A stretch of 64,000 nucleotides of DNA. It comes from Candidatus Hydrogenedentota bacterium. GTDB taxonomy: Bacteria; Hydrogenedentota; Hydrogenedentia; Hydrogenedentales; SLHB01. The notes beneath the pieces were generated by a model. It was not told the DNA's origin and searched no databases. It worked only from the letters and a program-made list of their open reading frames with translations. Shown here one piece after another: positions 10,201 to 20,900 of the stretch; position 1 is the stretch's first letter, and each line of letters opens with the position of its first letter. The position numbers and the translations under genes were made by a program. The stretch is from contig CAXXYE010000011.1 in the NCBI GenBank assembly GCA_963674865.2, positions 96,001 through 160,000 on the forward strand. The letters run 5' to 3'.

Positions 10201-11316
10201 CAGCAGCAGCCGGTCGAAATCCAAGAGCGGATTTCCCAAGAGGGCTTGGTCGTGAAGCTGGTTGAACCGGTCCACGACCGCATCGAGGGCGGCTTTTCGC
10301 TCGGCGTCGAGTTTGTCGCCGTCACCCAGGAGCCGGTCGTGCGTTTTCCTCAATTCGGCGAGACGTTTCAAATAGACGTTGCCCTGGGGATATCGAGCGT
10401 CGAACGTGTCGATCAGGTCTCTGACGGCCAGTTCGAGCGAACGCCAGCGATCGTCCCCAACGCCCGGCTTTACTTCTACCGGTGTGGCCCCCGGTACCGG
10501 CCGGATGACGACCTTCTGCCAAAGGGTTTCGTGGGCCAGGTAGTTGAGAATGTTGCCGGTAAGCCGCTGCAGATTCGCCTTGAAGGGGTTCGCCGCATGA
10601 CCGTAGTGGGGCAGTCGCCAGCCCATCGCCACGATCCGCCCGGAACCGAGTTCGTAATCCACCAGCGGGTTTTCCGATCCGCCGGGCGTTCGGGCCAAGA
10701 GCATCCCGCCGGCCGGTCCTCCGGAGGCGTGAAAATCGGAGAAGGCGGGAAAGCCGGCGTCGCTGACGGGTATCGGTCGGCCTTGGGAGCCCATGCCCTT
10801 GAAGATCGGATGCGACTGGACGACCGGGACCAGTGTCGCGGGATTGGCGTCCTGGCCGGGTCCGCCAAGTCGCGTGGCAATCGGTTCCACGCCCAGGGCA
10901 TGTGTCATGGCTAAGGCCGCGCCGGAGAGGAACAGCCCGCCGCCGTCGGAGACATATTTGCGGAGCGATTCAAGCCTGGCCGGATCGTGGATCGGCCCGG
11001 TCAGGTCGGTCGAGTCGCCCTGATGGATCCAGAGCACGTCAAAACGGTCGAGAGATACTTCCTTTCCGCCCTGGTCGACGAAGGTCCCGCGCTCACCGAC
11101 CGTCACCAGCGCGGCTGCCGCCAGTTTGTTCGCCAACTGAAACGCGGCCTTGCCCTCGCCGCCAAGCGCTTCTGATGACGCTCGCGAGGCCACGAACCCA
11201 ACGGACACCTCTTCGCCGGCAACCAGCGGTGCGCGAAGAAATGACGGCCCGATCGCCGCGACGAGCAAGCCATATTTCACTATGCCAGACGCAAAACTAG
11301 GCGATCTGAAATCCAT
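7254..11316 (-). CDS. Large secreted multidomain protein: GATase-like domain, HzsA-like beta-propeller/middle domain with two CxxCH motifs, C-terminal SUMF1/FGE-sulfatase domain; frameshifted
   Basis: ORFs 9496-11316, 9390-9791, 8599-9402 and 7254-9233 join into one reading frame after single-base corrections near 9820, 9428, 9268, 9150 and 9122. Motifs: YLRWEY, SCVGCHE, CAGCH, LPTEAQWEYACRAG, NPWGLFDMHGNAAEW, RGGSW. Confidence 0.8.
7421..7480. repeat. Palindromic repeat element inside the coding sequence
   Basis: CCGAAAAAGGGGACATTCTACTT ... AAGTAGAATGTCCCCTTCTTTCGG inverted repeat. Confidence 0.8.
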
Positions 11317-11850
11317 GCGAGTCTTGTCCTCAGCGCTGAATAATCAACTGCTGTCCAACTTCACCCCTGCCTGACAAGCGGGCTGTGGAGCTATTGCATT
11401 GCCTGCCGCGTCGCTCGCATTGGGGGGTGTGCCAAGGCTGTATCAAGAATATGTTAAACCATCTGCACGATTCGCGATACAGGACGAGAAGTGCTTCTGG
11501 GGGGCGGAAAAGACGGAAGGCTACGGCAAAGAGCGGACTACCGGGCCGAGGCGCCCATGAATTGGGAGTAGACGGACCTGCCTGCTCCCACGCCGAGTTC
11601 GATGATCAGCGAGGGCGCCCCGCTTGAGTCAGTGGATGAACAGGACGGGGACCCCATTCCCTACCAACCCCCCTTCTACCCCGCTACAATGACCTCTCGG
11701 CTAGCCACCCCAAACCGCTAGCGGAGATCCATGCAAGGTCACCATACTCCAACTGGCCCCGACGTCCGTGAAGCTGAGAGCGACCCATCGATCAGGCTTA
11801 TCTGGGGCATAACCGGTAACAATCCAATGTTCTCCCAGGAGTCCTAACTC

Positions 11851-12750
11851 ATGACCCCACACCTCACCAGACGCAGCTTTCTCGCCACCGCCGCCGGAGC
11901 CGCCATGACCGTTCCGGCCGTAGCCTCCGCCGCGGCGAACGCCCCAACACCCGGCCCCTTCGCCGGACGCATCTACAAGGCCGTCAAGGGCTCGATGATC
12001 CAGGGCGAGATGCCGCTCTTGGAGAAATTCAGACTCTCCAAGGAAGTCGGCTTCGACGGCATCACCCTCTTTGCTCCCGACCGTGAAGACCTCAAAGAAG
12101 CCTTGGAGGCCCAAGACAAGACCGGCCTCATGATCCACAACATCAACAACGCGGTCCATTGGAAGCAGCGGCTCTCCGATCCCGATCCGGCCGTGCGGCA
12201 AGAATCGCTCGAAGCCCTCATGGCGGCGCTGCGTTTCGCCCATGCCGCAGGTGCTTCGTCCGTGCTGCTGGTGGTGGGCAAGGTGACCGACCCCGAGCAC
12301 GAAAACCACGACCAGGTCTGGGAACGCTCCATCGCCGGAATCCGCCAGGCCATCCCCCTGGCCGCCAAACTGGGCGTGCGAATCCTCTGCGAAAACGTGG
12401 GCAACGGCTTCTGCGAAACGCCCCAAGAGTGGGCCCGATATCTGGACGAAATCGGCGACCCCTGGGTAGGCGCCTTCTTCGACATCGGCAACCACCATAG
12501 CCGCGGTGGGGCGGCGAACTGGATCCGCGTCCTGGGCGAGCGAATCGTCAAGCTCGACGTCAAAGGCCACGATACAACCATCGGCCGCAACTGCAATATC
12601 TTCGATGGCAATCTCGACTGGGCCTCCGTCCGCGACGAACTCGCCAAACTCCAGTTCACCGGCTGGGCAACCGCCGAAGTCAAAGGCGGCGGCCGGGAAC
12701 GGCTCCGCGAAGTGGCCGAACGGATGGATAAGGCGCTGGGGATTGCTTGA
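11851..12750 (+). CDS. TAT-exported sugar phosphate isomerase/epimerase (AP endonuclease 2 TIM barrel)
   Basis: TRRSFL TAT motif; ENV, FDIGNH, LDVK and TAEV motifs; AGGAG RBS. Confidence 0.85.
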   Translation: MTPHLTRRSFLATAAGAAMTVPAVASAAANAPTPGPFAGRIYKAVKGSMIQGEMPLLEKFRLSKEVGFDGITLFAPDREDLKEALEAQDKTGLMIHNINNAVHWKQRLSDPDPAVRQESLEALMAALRFAHAAGASSVLLVVGKVTDPEHENHDQVWERSIAGIRQAIPLAAKLGVRILCENVGNGFCETPQEWARYLDEIGDPWVGAFFDIGNHHSRGGAANWIRVLGERIVKLDVKGHDTTIGRNCNIFDGNLDWASVRDELAKLQFTGWATAEVKGGGRERLREVAERMDKALGIA

Positions 12751-12782
12751 GGGGAGCGGTTAGCGGTTGGCCTGGATAATTC

Positions 12783-12857
12783 ATCAGCCGTGACGCGCTA
12801 GCGTCCGGTTCCCGATTTGCCCCACAAGAACCGGACGCTAGCGCGTCGCGGCTGATT
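12783..12857. repeat. REPIN-like inverted pair, same family as 3422-3588
   Basis: ATCAGCCGTGACGCGCTAGCGTCCGGTTC ... GAACCGGACGCTAGCGCGTCGCGGCTGAT between convergent genes. Confidence 0.9.
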
Positions 12858-12933
12858 GACACACTGCATTCAGACCTGGTTGGAAGCTGAAGCCTAATCG
12901 CTGACAGCCAGCTGCCCACTGGCCACTTCATGT

Positions 12934-15333
12934 CTACTTCAGCGTCAGCGCATAGAGCGTAACCGAACAGGCAGCCACCGGAAGCGAGTCACCAACCCCC
13001 GACACCGAATCCTGCTCGATAGCCACCGCCGCCGGTTTGCCAGGCTCGTTGTAGGCCATCGAATCGTCGCCGGCGATCTGCCAGCGGCGGCCCGTCCCCG
13101 TCAGGGTGATGCCGGATACGTCAAGCGAGACGTTTAGCTTCCGCATGGTTGGATTGACCACGGACACGGTAAGAGTCTTCTTGTCCTCGCTCAGCGCGGC
13201 CGCCACGTCGAGCGGTTCATCCGCCGTGACCTCGACCGGCACAACGCCGAACCGCTCGCGATAGAGTTTTAGGGCCAATCCGGTGGTGGCAAATGCCGCG
13301 TCGGTCTTCGAGGTCTTGATGCAGCCGATCACGTTCACCGTCTGGGCGTAGTTGGCCATCAAGAACATGTCGCTATGGCGGCTGAATTCGTTCAGCCCCG
13401 CCGCAATCCCCAGGGCGTCCTTGAGAAAGTACCGGGTGCCCAGTTCTCCGAAAGCGTGCTGACCGTACCAATAGTTCCACTCATCCAAAGCGATGCGGAT
13501 ATCCTTGCCCGCCAGCGACGCGATCTCCTCTCGATAACGCCGATGGGCCTCGGCCTTGTGACGCACGGCGTCGGGGATCTGGCGGACGTGGGCGATCAGT
13601 CCGGGGGCTCCGTGACAGTAGAAATGCTCGCTAATCAGGTCCATCTGATCGGCGCAATGGGTCATCATTCCTTCGCTCCACGGTCCGGTAGCGCCCACGG
13701 CCACCAGCACGATCGCAGGATCCTTGGCCCTAAACGCCTCGGCGAACGTGTTGTGCTTCTTGACGTACTCTTCCAGCGGCATGTGACCCAGTTGCCAGCC
13801 GCCGTACATCTCGTTGCCGATCCCCCACCACTTCACGCCGTACGCTTCAGGATGGCCGTTCTTGGTCCTCAACCGGCCCATCGGTGAATCGGGGCCGCCG
13901 TTGGCATACTCCAGTTCGTCCACCGCGCTCTGAACGCCCCCCTGGCCGCTGTTGACCGCGATGTACGGCTCGGTATCCAGAATCCGGCAGAAGTTGATGA
14001 ATTCGTCCAGACCGAAGTCATTATGCTCCACGCCCGTCCAGGCCGGGTTCTTTCGCGGCGGACGGCGGTCGCGATCACCGATACCGTCTCGCCAGTCATA
14101 TCCGCTGACGAAATTTCCTCCCGGCCAACGATAGACGGGCGAGTCGAGTTCCTTCAAGAGTGCCAGCGTATCGGCCCGCATTCCGTCGACGTTATCGGCC
14201 GGCATCAGCGAGAGGGTGCCCAGCAGGCAGGGCCCTCCGTCGGTCACGCCGATCTCCAACATGCCCTGATCGGTGGTGGCCCCGGCCGTAAAGCGGAACG
14301 AGTATCTCCCGTAGCCGTCCGTGGCGTTAGTGATCGTGGCACTATCGGCGGCGTCCTCGCCCCAACGCAAGGCGACCTGCACGACGGTGCTGTCTTGGCT
14401 TGGCTTGATCCAGACGTACCCCACGTAGTCGCGGCCCTCGATCAATCCCAGGTCGCGCTGCCGGATACCGCCGCCGGGCGCCATCAGCGGGGTATGCTCG
14501 CCCACGAACGGGTCTTCCTTGACCATCGTGACCGAATCGTCGGCCCCCATAATTTGCCAGGGCGAGGCCCCGACGATTTGAAAGGGCGTGCCTTCGACCG
14601 CTCGCTCATTGGCGAGGTAGGGATTGTATTCGGCCGTGACCGGAAAGTAGAACTTGCGATCGTGGAGCATCTCGGCCCAAATGCCGCCGTCGATGCAACG
14701 GCCCAAGTGTTCGATGAACTGGCCGTAAATGTACTTCGAGATCGGCTCGCCGGTCTTGCTTGCGTCGACGGTGATGCCCGGTTTCCAGTCCTTCAACGCT
14801 ACCGGCTCCAGTCGCAGATCGTCGAACCAGGCCTTTCCGGTAACCGTCCCCCAGCCGCCGAAGAGGCAGTTGATCCAGACCTGGTCCCGGTCGCCAGAGT
14901 CGAAGAGGATTTCGACCTTGGTCCAATCGTTGTTGCCGACCACGGCCTTGGTCTGGATAGGCGCGAGATTGTGAAGGTTCAAGAGAACTCCCTTGCCCCC
15001 TTTTCGCTTGACGCCCTCGGTCTTGATCCAGCCCGAGAGCCGGTAGACGGCGTGCGGCTCGACCGGCACCTCGGCGTACCAGGATGCGTCGGCCCCTTCC
15101 GCGGAAGTGATCATCAGGCTCCGCTTGCCCGTGCGTCCCGTCTCGACATACTCGAACTCGGCCTTCCCAGCCCAGGTATGGGGCTTCCACTGTTGCGGTT
15201 GATCGCCGGCGGCCTCTTCAAACGAAGCGTTGGGCAACAAGTTGGCCGCATCTTGGGCAGCCACTGCAAGTTGGCCGAGGAGAGTCCCCGCTACGAAAGC
15301 CACGATTGTCAGACTTGCACGTTTCACTTTCAT
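12934..15333 (-). CDS. GH51 alpha-L-arabinofuranosidase with N-terminal CBM-like domain
   Basis: NLLPNASFE CBM start; IYGQFIEHLGRCI, RWPGGNF, WGIGNE and DEWNYW motifs. Confidence 0.9.
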   Translation of the reverse strand: MKVKRASLTIVAFVAGTLLGQLAVAAQDAANLLPNASFEEAAGDQPQQWKPHTWAGKAEFEYVETGRTGKRSLMITSAEGADASWYAEVPVEPHAVYRLSGWIKTEGVKRKGGKGVLLNLHNLAPIQTKAVVGNNDWTKVEILFDSGDRDQVWINCLFGGWGTVTGKAWFDDLRLEPVALKDWKPGITVDASKTGEPISKYIYGQFIEHLGRCIDGGIWAEMLHDRKFYFPVTAEYNPYLANERAVEGTPFQIVGASPWQIMGADDSVTMVKEDPFVGEHTPLMAPGGGIRQRDLGLIEGRDYVGYVWIKPSQDSTVVQVALRWGEDAADSATITNATDGYGRYSFRFTAGATTDQGMLEIGVTDGGPCLLGTLSLMPADNVDGMRADTLALLKELDSPVYRWPGGNFVSGYDWRDGIGDRDRRPPRKNPAWTGVEHNDFGLDEFINFCRILDTEPYIAVNSGQGGVQSAVDELEYANGGPDSPMGRLRTKNGHPEAYGVKWWGIGNEMYGGWQLGHMPLEEYVKKHNTFAEAFRAKDPAIVLVAVGATGPWSEGMMTHCADQMDLISEHFYCHGAPGLIAHVRQIPDAVRHKAEAHRRYREEIASLAGKDIRIALDEWNYWYGQHAFGELGTRYFLKDALGIAAGLNEFSRHSDMFLMANYAQTVNVIGCIKTSKTDAAFATTGLALKLYRERFGVVPVEVTADEPLDVAAALSEDKKTLTVSVVNPTMRKLNVSLDVSGITLTGTGRRWQIAGDDSMAYNEPGKPAAVAIEQDSVSGVGDSLPVAACSVTLYALTLK

Positions 15334-15521
15334 GATGATTCGATCCTCTTGTGGACGTAGTGTGTAAAGGAAAAAGGGAGAAGGGGGGAAATGGGAAGCC
15401 AATGCGTGGAGCGGACAATCTTGGTGTCCTCTCTTCCCATTTCTCCCCTTTCCCGTTTTCCCTCCTTACACACTGGAGTAGAACCGGTCTATGGGAAGAT
15501 GAACCGGAAAGACGTCTCCGA

Positions 15522-17780
15522 TCACTCTTCCGCAGGTTTCACATCGCTAATCCCCACGTCGATATACTGTCCGCCCCGAGTTTGTCGACAGTGCACCGCG
15601 AGGACGTTCCTACCCTTCTTGAGCGCCGCGGCCAGTTTCTTGCCGGCGTGCGCGAGGACATAGTCGGTAGTGTATCCGGTCAATTCCGCCACCAAACGGC
15701 CGTTGACGTAGACCTGGGCGTCCTCGTCGTGATGTACCATGAGGGAGAGTTCGTTGAAGTCGGCGTCATCCAGGGTGAAGGAACGCCGCAGCCAGATGTC
15801 CGGAGATTTCCATTCCGTGCGGACAATCGCGCCCGGCGTATCCTTGGCGCCGAAACCGCCGGGCCCTTCCTGCCAGGAAGAATCGTCATGGTCCGGCTGC
15901 TGCCACCCTTCGTCCGGTTTGGTGGTGCGATAACGCCACGATTGGGCCTCCTGTTGGGAGGTGGGCACAACCTGACTGACCACCGGGGGCGGCCCGTGCA
16001 AGCGGCGATGGGCCTCGGCCAGCCGCTTGGCGTCCATTTTGACCACGGCCCGGTCGTAGGTCATCAGGCCGTTGACTTCGATTTCGACGTCGGTGGTTTG
16101 GGTGTAGACGGCCGCCGAAAGACCTTCGCCGATCATCGGATGGAGTCGGTGCATCAAAGATATATAGGCTTCAGTCAGATCCTCCCGGGTCTTGTACGAT
16201 CGGTATCCCCAGTTCTTTTCGGCCTGCCAGGTGTGCCCCTCCAGCGGCAGCCCCAATCCGCCGAACTCGCCCAGCACGATGGCCCGATCGGCCTCCGGTT
16301 CCGGCCGGCCGGGCCCGGGATAGCGGTGCACGTCGTTCATGTCTCCCGTGCCCCGGTCGGTCCAGCCGCTGGTCGAGTTCACCAGCCGACTCGGGTCACG
16401 CTTGCGGACCCAATCGGTGATTCGCCCCGTATCGTACTGCCCCCAGCCCTCGTTGAACGGCACCCAGATCACGATCGACGGATGGTTCCGCAGGTTGTCC
16501 ATCACGCGGCCCAACTCCAATTCAAACTGCTGGGCCGATTCGGGGCTCCGCTTCAAGTCGGGCTCATTGCCGCGAATGTACTTGTCGCCACTTGGCATGT
16601 CCTGCCAGACCAACAGCCCCAGCTTGTCGCACCAATAGTAGAGCCGCCGCGGTTCCACCTTGACGTGCTTTCGCAGCATGTTGCAGCCGAGGTCCTTGAG
16701 TACCTCCAGGTCGTAGCGGAGGGCCTCGTCGCTGGGGGCCGTATAGAGACCGTCCGGCCACCAACCCTGGTCCAACGGCCCATATTGAAAGAGGAACCTG
16801 CCGTTGAGCATGATCCGCGTGATGCCGTCCTTGTCCTTGCCCAGGGCGATCTTCCGCATCCCGAAATAGCTATCCACCGCGTCCAGCGTCCGGTCGTTCC
16901 GGATCAGCTCCACTTTCAGATCGTAGAGGAACGGCGAATCGGGAGACCAGAGCTTGGGCTCCTTCAGCTTGATCTCGAGTGGCTTGCCGACCGGGCCGAC
17001 CGAGCCCATGAAAACGTCGTCCTCGGCCATGCTTACGGCCTTGATCGTATCGCCCTTCTGGGCGCCGCTGGTCTCCACCGATAACCTTAGCACGCCCGCA
17101 TCAACGTCAGGCACCATCTCCAACGCCCCAATCGAAGCCTCCGGCACCGGCTCCAGCCAAACCGTCTGCCAGATACCGGTCACCGAGGTGTACCAGATCC
17201 CCTTCGGCTCCTTGACCTGCTTGCCCCGCGGCTGCGTGCCGTCGTCGGTCGGATCCCAGACCGAGAGCACTAATTCCTGCTCCCTGCCCGGTTTGAGGGC
17301 CTTGGTTATGTCAAACGTAAACGGATCGTATCCACCTCGATGGCTGCCCAGCTCCTGGCCGTTGAGCCATGCCGTGGCATCCCAATCGACGGCCTCGAAA
17401 TGCAGAAGCACCCGCCCGGCGGGCCAGTCGGCCGGCACTTTGAAGGTGCGGCGATACCAGAGCCGGTTGTCGGGACCTACCTTCTTCATCACGCCGGAGA
17501 GGGCCGATTCGATCGGAAACGGCACCAAAATCCACTCGTCAAACGTCTCGGGCCGATCGGCCTCGCGAGTTGCAAGGGTGCACTCCCAAAGACCGTTGAG
17601 GTTCAACCACTTATCGCGTACCATCTGCGGTCGCGGATACTCGGGATGGGCCTTTTCGGGCGAGACCTCCTGGGCCCACCGGGTCATCAACGGACCGTCG
17701 GCCGCTTGCCATTGCCCGTGGCAGCAGAGCGTGCCACCAATAGTCAGCATCATGGAGAGAATTAGGAGTCTCGTTTTCAT
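15522..17780 (-). CDS. GH2 glycoside hydrolase with C-terminal galactose-binding-like domain
   Basis: EYPRPQM, LNLNGLW, VPFPIESALSG, GPLDQGWWPDG, WVPFNEGWGQ and GEFGG motifs. Confidence 0.9.
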   Translation of the reverse strand: MKTRLLILSMMLTIGGTLCCHGQWQAADGPLMTRWAQEVSPEKAHPEYPRPQMVRDKWLNLNGLWECTLATREADRPETFDEWILVPFPIESALSGVMKKVGPDNRLWYRRTFKVPADWPAGRVLLHFEAVDWDATAWLNGQELGSHRGGYDPFTFDITKALKPGREQELVLSVWDPTDDGTQPRGKQVKEPKGIWYTSVTGIWQTVWLEPVPEASIGALEMVPDVDAGVLRLSVETSGAQKGDTIKAVSMAEDDVFMGSVGPVGKPLEIKLKEPKLWSPDSPFLYDLKVELIRNDRTLDAVDSYFGMRKIALGKDKDGITRIMLNGRFLFQYGPLDQGWWPDGLYTAPSDEALRYDLEVLKDLGCNMLRKHVKVEPRRLYYWCDKLGLLVWQDMPSGDKYIRGNEPDLKRSPESAQQFELELGRVMDNLRNHPSIVIWVPFNEGWGQYDTGRITDWVRKRDPSRLVNSTSGWTDRGTGDMNDVHRYPGPGRPEPEADRAIVLGEFGGLGLPLEGHTWQAEKNWGYRSYKTREDLTEAYISLMHRLHPMIGEGLSAAVYTQTTDVEIEVNGLMTYDRAVVKMDAKRLAEAHRRLHGPPPVVSQVVPTSQQEAQSWRYRTTKPDEGWQQPDHDDSSWQEGPGGFGAKDTPGAIVRTEWKSPDIWLRRSFTLDDADFNELSLMVHHDEDAQVYVNGRLVAELTGYTTDYVLAHAGKKLAAALKKGRNVLAVHCRQTRGGQYIDVGISDVKPAEE

Positions 17781-17990
17781 CGGATTCTCCGATAGCCTGT
17801 TGTAAGGTTGGTTACAGCACACGCAAATGAGCCTATCGGCAAAGAGCCCCAATTTCAAGCCGTCAGGATCAACGCAGGGTGAATTGACGCCGCTGCCCGG
17901 GGGGCACTATCATGTCGAGCACGGTCGCGGTAAGAATCTCGTGCCCCACGGCGAGACTCCTCCTCAAGAGAACAGCAAGGAACTACGCCC

Positions 17991-20900
17991 ATGAACGGCC
18001 ATCTTCTCCGGCACTGCGTTTTCACGCTTCTGGCATTTGCCTGGACTGCAACCGAAACGCCGATCGTGGCCGACGACTTGGCCGACGGATTCGCCGATCC
18101 ACCCCCCGCCGCTCGGCCCGCCGCCTACTGGGCCTGGCTCAACGGCAGCGTCGATCGGGCTCAACTCACCCGCGAGTTGGAAGAGATGAAGGCCAAGGGC
18201 GTCAGCAAATACTACATCTTCGAGTGCGGGGCCAAGGATCCCGACGGCGTTATTCCCGCCGGCCCCGCGTTCATGGGAAAAGAGTCGCTCGAAGACATCG
18301 GCCACGCCATTCGCGAGGCCGGACGGCTGGGGATGGAACTCGGCTTCACCACCTCCAGCAGTTGGAACTGCGGAGGTTCCTGGGTAGAGCCGAAACATGC
18401 CAGTATGGGCCTCTTTCAAGCGGAGGTGAAGGTCGAGGGAGGCAAACGATTTTCCGACGTGCTGCCGTTTCCCAAGACGCCGGCCAAGGCACCCAAGCGA
18501 CCCGACGGGCTGCCCAAGTTCTACAAGGACGTGGCCGTGCTGGCGGTACCCGATTCGGACCGGGTGCCCGGCTACGAGTTCGTGCTCGAGTTGGCTCCAC
18601 CGGGGCCGCATACGATCGAGCGAGTGGTGCTCTACAACACCCAGACCGACAAGCCCGACCGACTGGGGCCGATGCAGCGTTTCGCCAAGGATTTCTCGGT
18701 CTCCGTCTCCGCTACCACGCCCGATCATGAATCCTCTACCGAAGTGCTCCGCGCGACTCTCAAACCGACCACCGCAGCCCAGGAGTTCAAGTTCCAGCCG
18801 GTCGAAGCCCGCCACGTGAAGCTGACGATCCTCTCGGGGCATAACCCCAAAGACGGCCGAATCGAACTGGCCGAGTTCGAGGCCTACGATCCGGCAGGCA
18901 AGAACGTCGCGCTAAAGTATTTCACCGACGGTTCCGGCAGCGATGCCACTTTGCTGCGATTCACTTCCGAGGCGTCGAAGTCGGGAGATTGGTCGGCCGG
19001 CAATATCCACGACGGGGCCAAGTCCAGCCCCGACGGAAGTTGGCGTTCAGGTCCGCCTCCCGCCGTGATCGAAAATATTGGTTCGGTCGTGAATTTGACA
19101 GACCGAATGGATGAGGATGGAAGACTGACCTGGGACGTTCCCCCCGGAAAATGGACCGTGATGCGGTTCGTCTGCACAAATACCGGTCAAGGCCTGGCAG
19201 TTCCCAGTCCCAATTCGCACGGGCTGGCCATCGACCACTTCAGTGCCGACGCCACGCGAATGCACTTTCAGTACCTGATCGACAAGCTGCAAGGCGAGGT
19301 GGGACCGCTGAAGGACACGGCCCTTTCGACGATGTACGTTTGCAGCTACGAACTTCGCGGAGCCGTCTGGACGCCCGATTTCATCCAACAATTCCAGCAG
19401 CGCCGCGGATATGACATGACGCCCTATCTGCCTTGCCTGTTCGGCTCGACGCTACAAGACCGCCAGATAGCCGGGCGCTTCGACTACGACTATCGCAAGA
19501 CCCAGGGCGACCTCCTGGTCGACGCCTTCTACAAGACGGCCCGCGATATGTCCAACAAGTACGGCCTTCAACTCTGCGCCGAGGCCGGAGGACCGGGCCC
19601 GCCGACTCATAACGTGCCGGTCGACGCCCTCAAGGCCCAAGGCGTGATGGACATCCCCCGGGGGGAATTCTGGACCGATCTGCACCTTTGGGTGGTCAAG
19701 GAAACCGCCTGCGCCGCGCACGTCTACGGAAAGCAATTCGTCGACATGGAAGCCTTTACCAGTTGGCGGCACTGGCAGGACGGGCCGTTCGATCTGAAAC
19801 CCTGCGCCGACCGGGCCATCTGCGACGGAACCAACCATTTCACCTTCCACACCTCGCCCCACGTGCCGCCCGCCGCCGGAATGCCCGGTTGGGTCTATCA
19901 CGCCGGCACGCACATGGGCCCCAGTCTGGCCTGGTGGCCCAAGGCCGGCGCCTTCCTCGACTACCTCGCCCGCTGTTCATATCTCCTGCAACAAGGGCTC
20001 TTCGTCGGCGACGTCTGCTATTACTACGGTGACCAGGCCTACAACTTCGTGCCGCCGAAGCATGACGAACCGTCGCTGGGACCGGGCTATGATTACGACG
20101 TGGCCAACGCGGAAGTGATCCTCACGCGAATGGCCGTCAAAGACGGCCGCATCGTGTTGCCCGACGGGATGAGTTACGAACTGCTCGTGTTGCCCAACCG
20201 GCCCGACATGGATCTGGATGTGCTGCGGAAACTCGAGCAACTGGTCCGGGCCGGAGCCACGATCGTGGGCCCCAAACCGATCCGATCCAACGGCCTGGAC
20301 GATTTCCGGACGCGCGACGCGGCGGTTAAGGAATTGGCCGACAAACTCTGGGGGCCCTGCAACGGAACCACCGTCACCAGTTACGACCATGGCCGGGGCC
20401 ACGTCATCTGGGGACGCACGCTCGGCCAGATTTTCGAGGCCCGAGGTATCGGTCCCGACTTCCAATTCCACGCCGCCGATGAAACCGAACTGGATTTCAT
20501 CCACCGCCGAGTGGGTGAGAGCCACGTCTATTTCGTCAGCAACCAGACACCCCGCTGGGCGAACGCCGACTGCGAGTTCCGTGTCCGCGGGCGTGCTCCC
20601 GAACTGTGGTTGCCCGAAACCGGTGAAATTCGACCGCTGGTCGTCTATCGAGACGCACCCCAAGGCACCGTCGTTCCCCTGCGGCTGCCGCCGTCGGGAT
20701 CGGTCTTCGTGGTATTTCGCCGTCAGGCCCGCGAGCCATACGTGGTCCTCGTGGGCGGTCGCCCGGACGTCTGCCAAGTGTCCCGCGGTGGGCAAAACAC
20801 GGCCAAGCTCTTGGCCTTCGAGGGCGGAACCTACACCCTCAAGACCGACCAAGGCAAAAAGATTCGCGCCGAGGTGAAAGCCGTCCCCGCAGAGCGGCAA

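Noticed and set aside
7254..11316. Anammox hydrazine synthase
   Set aside because: Only HzsA-like domains fused to an FGE domain; no hzsB, hzsC or hao genes.
11400..11700. Riboswitch between the divergent genes (GGCGCCC..GGGCGCC enclosing GGGAGTAG..CTGCTCCC)
   Set aside because: Stems are present but I recognise no aptamer consensus; GC-rich DNA forms such pairings by chance.
15351..17084. Long antisense ORFs (e.g. 577 aa here, also 14023-15360 and 60604-61854)
   Set aside because: These are shadow frames opposite well-supported genes, as expected in high-GC DNA.
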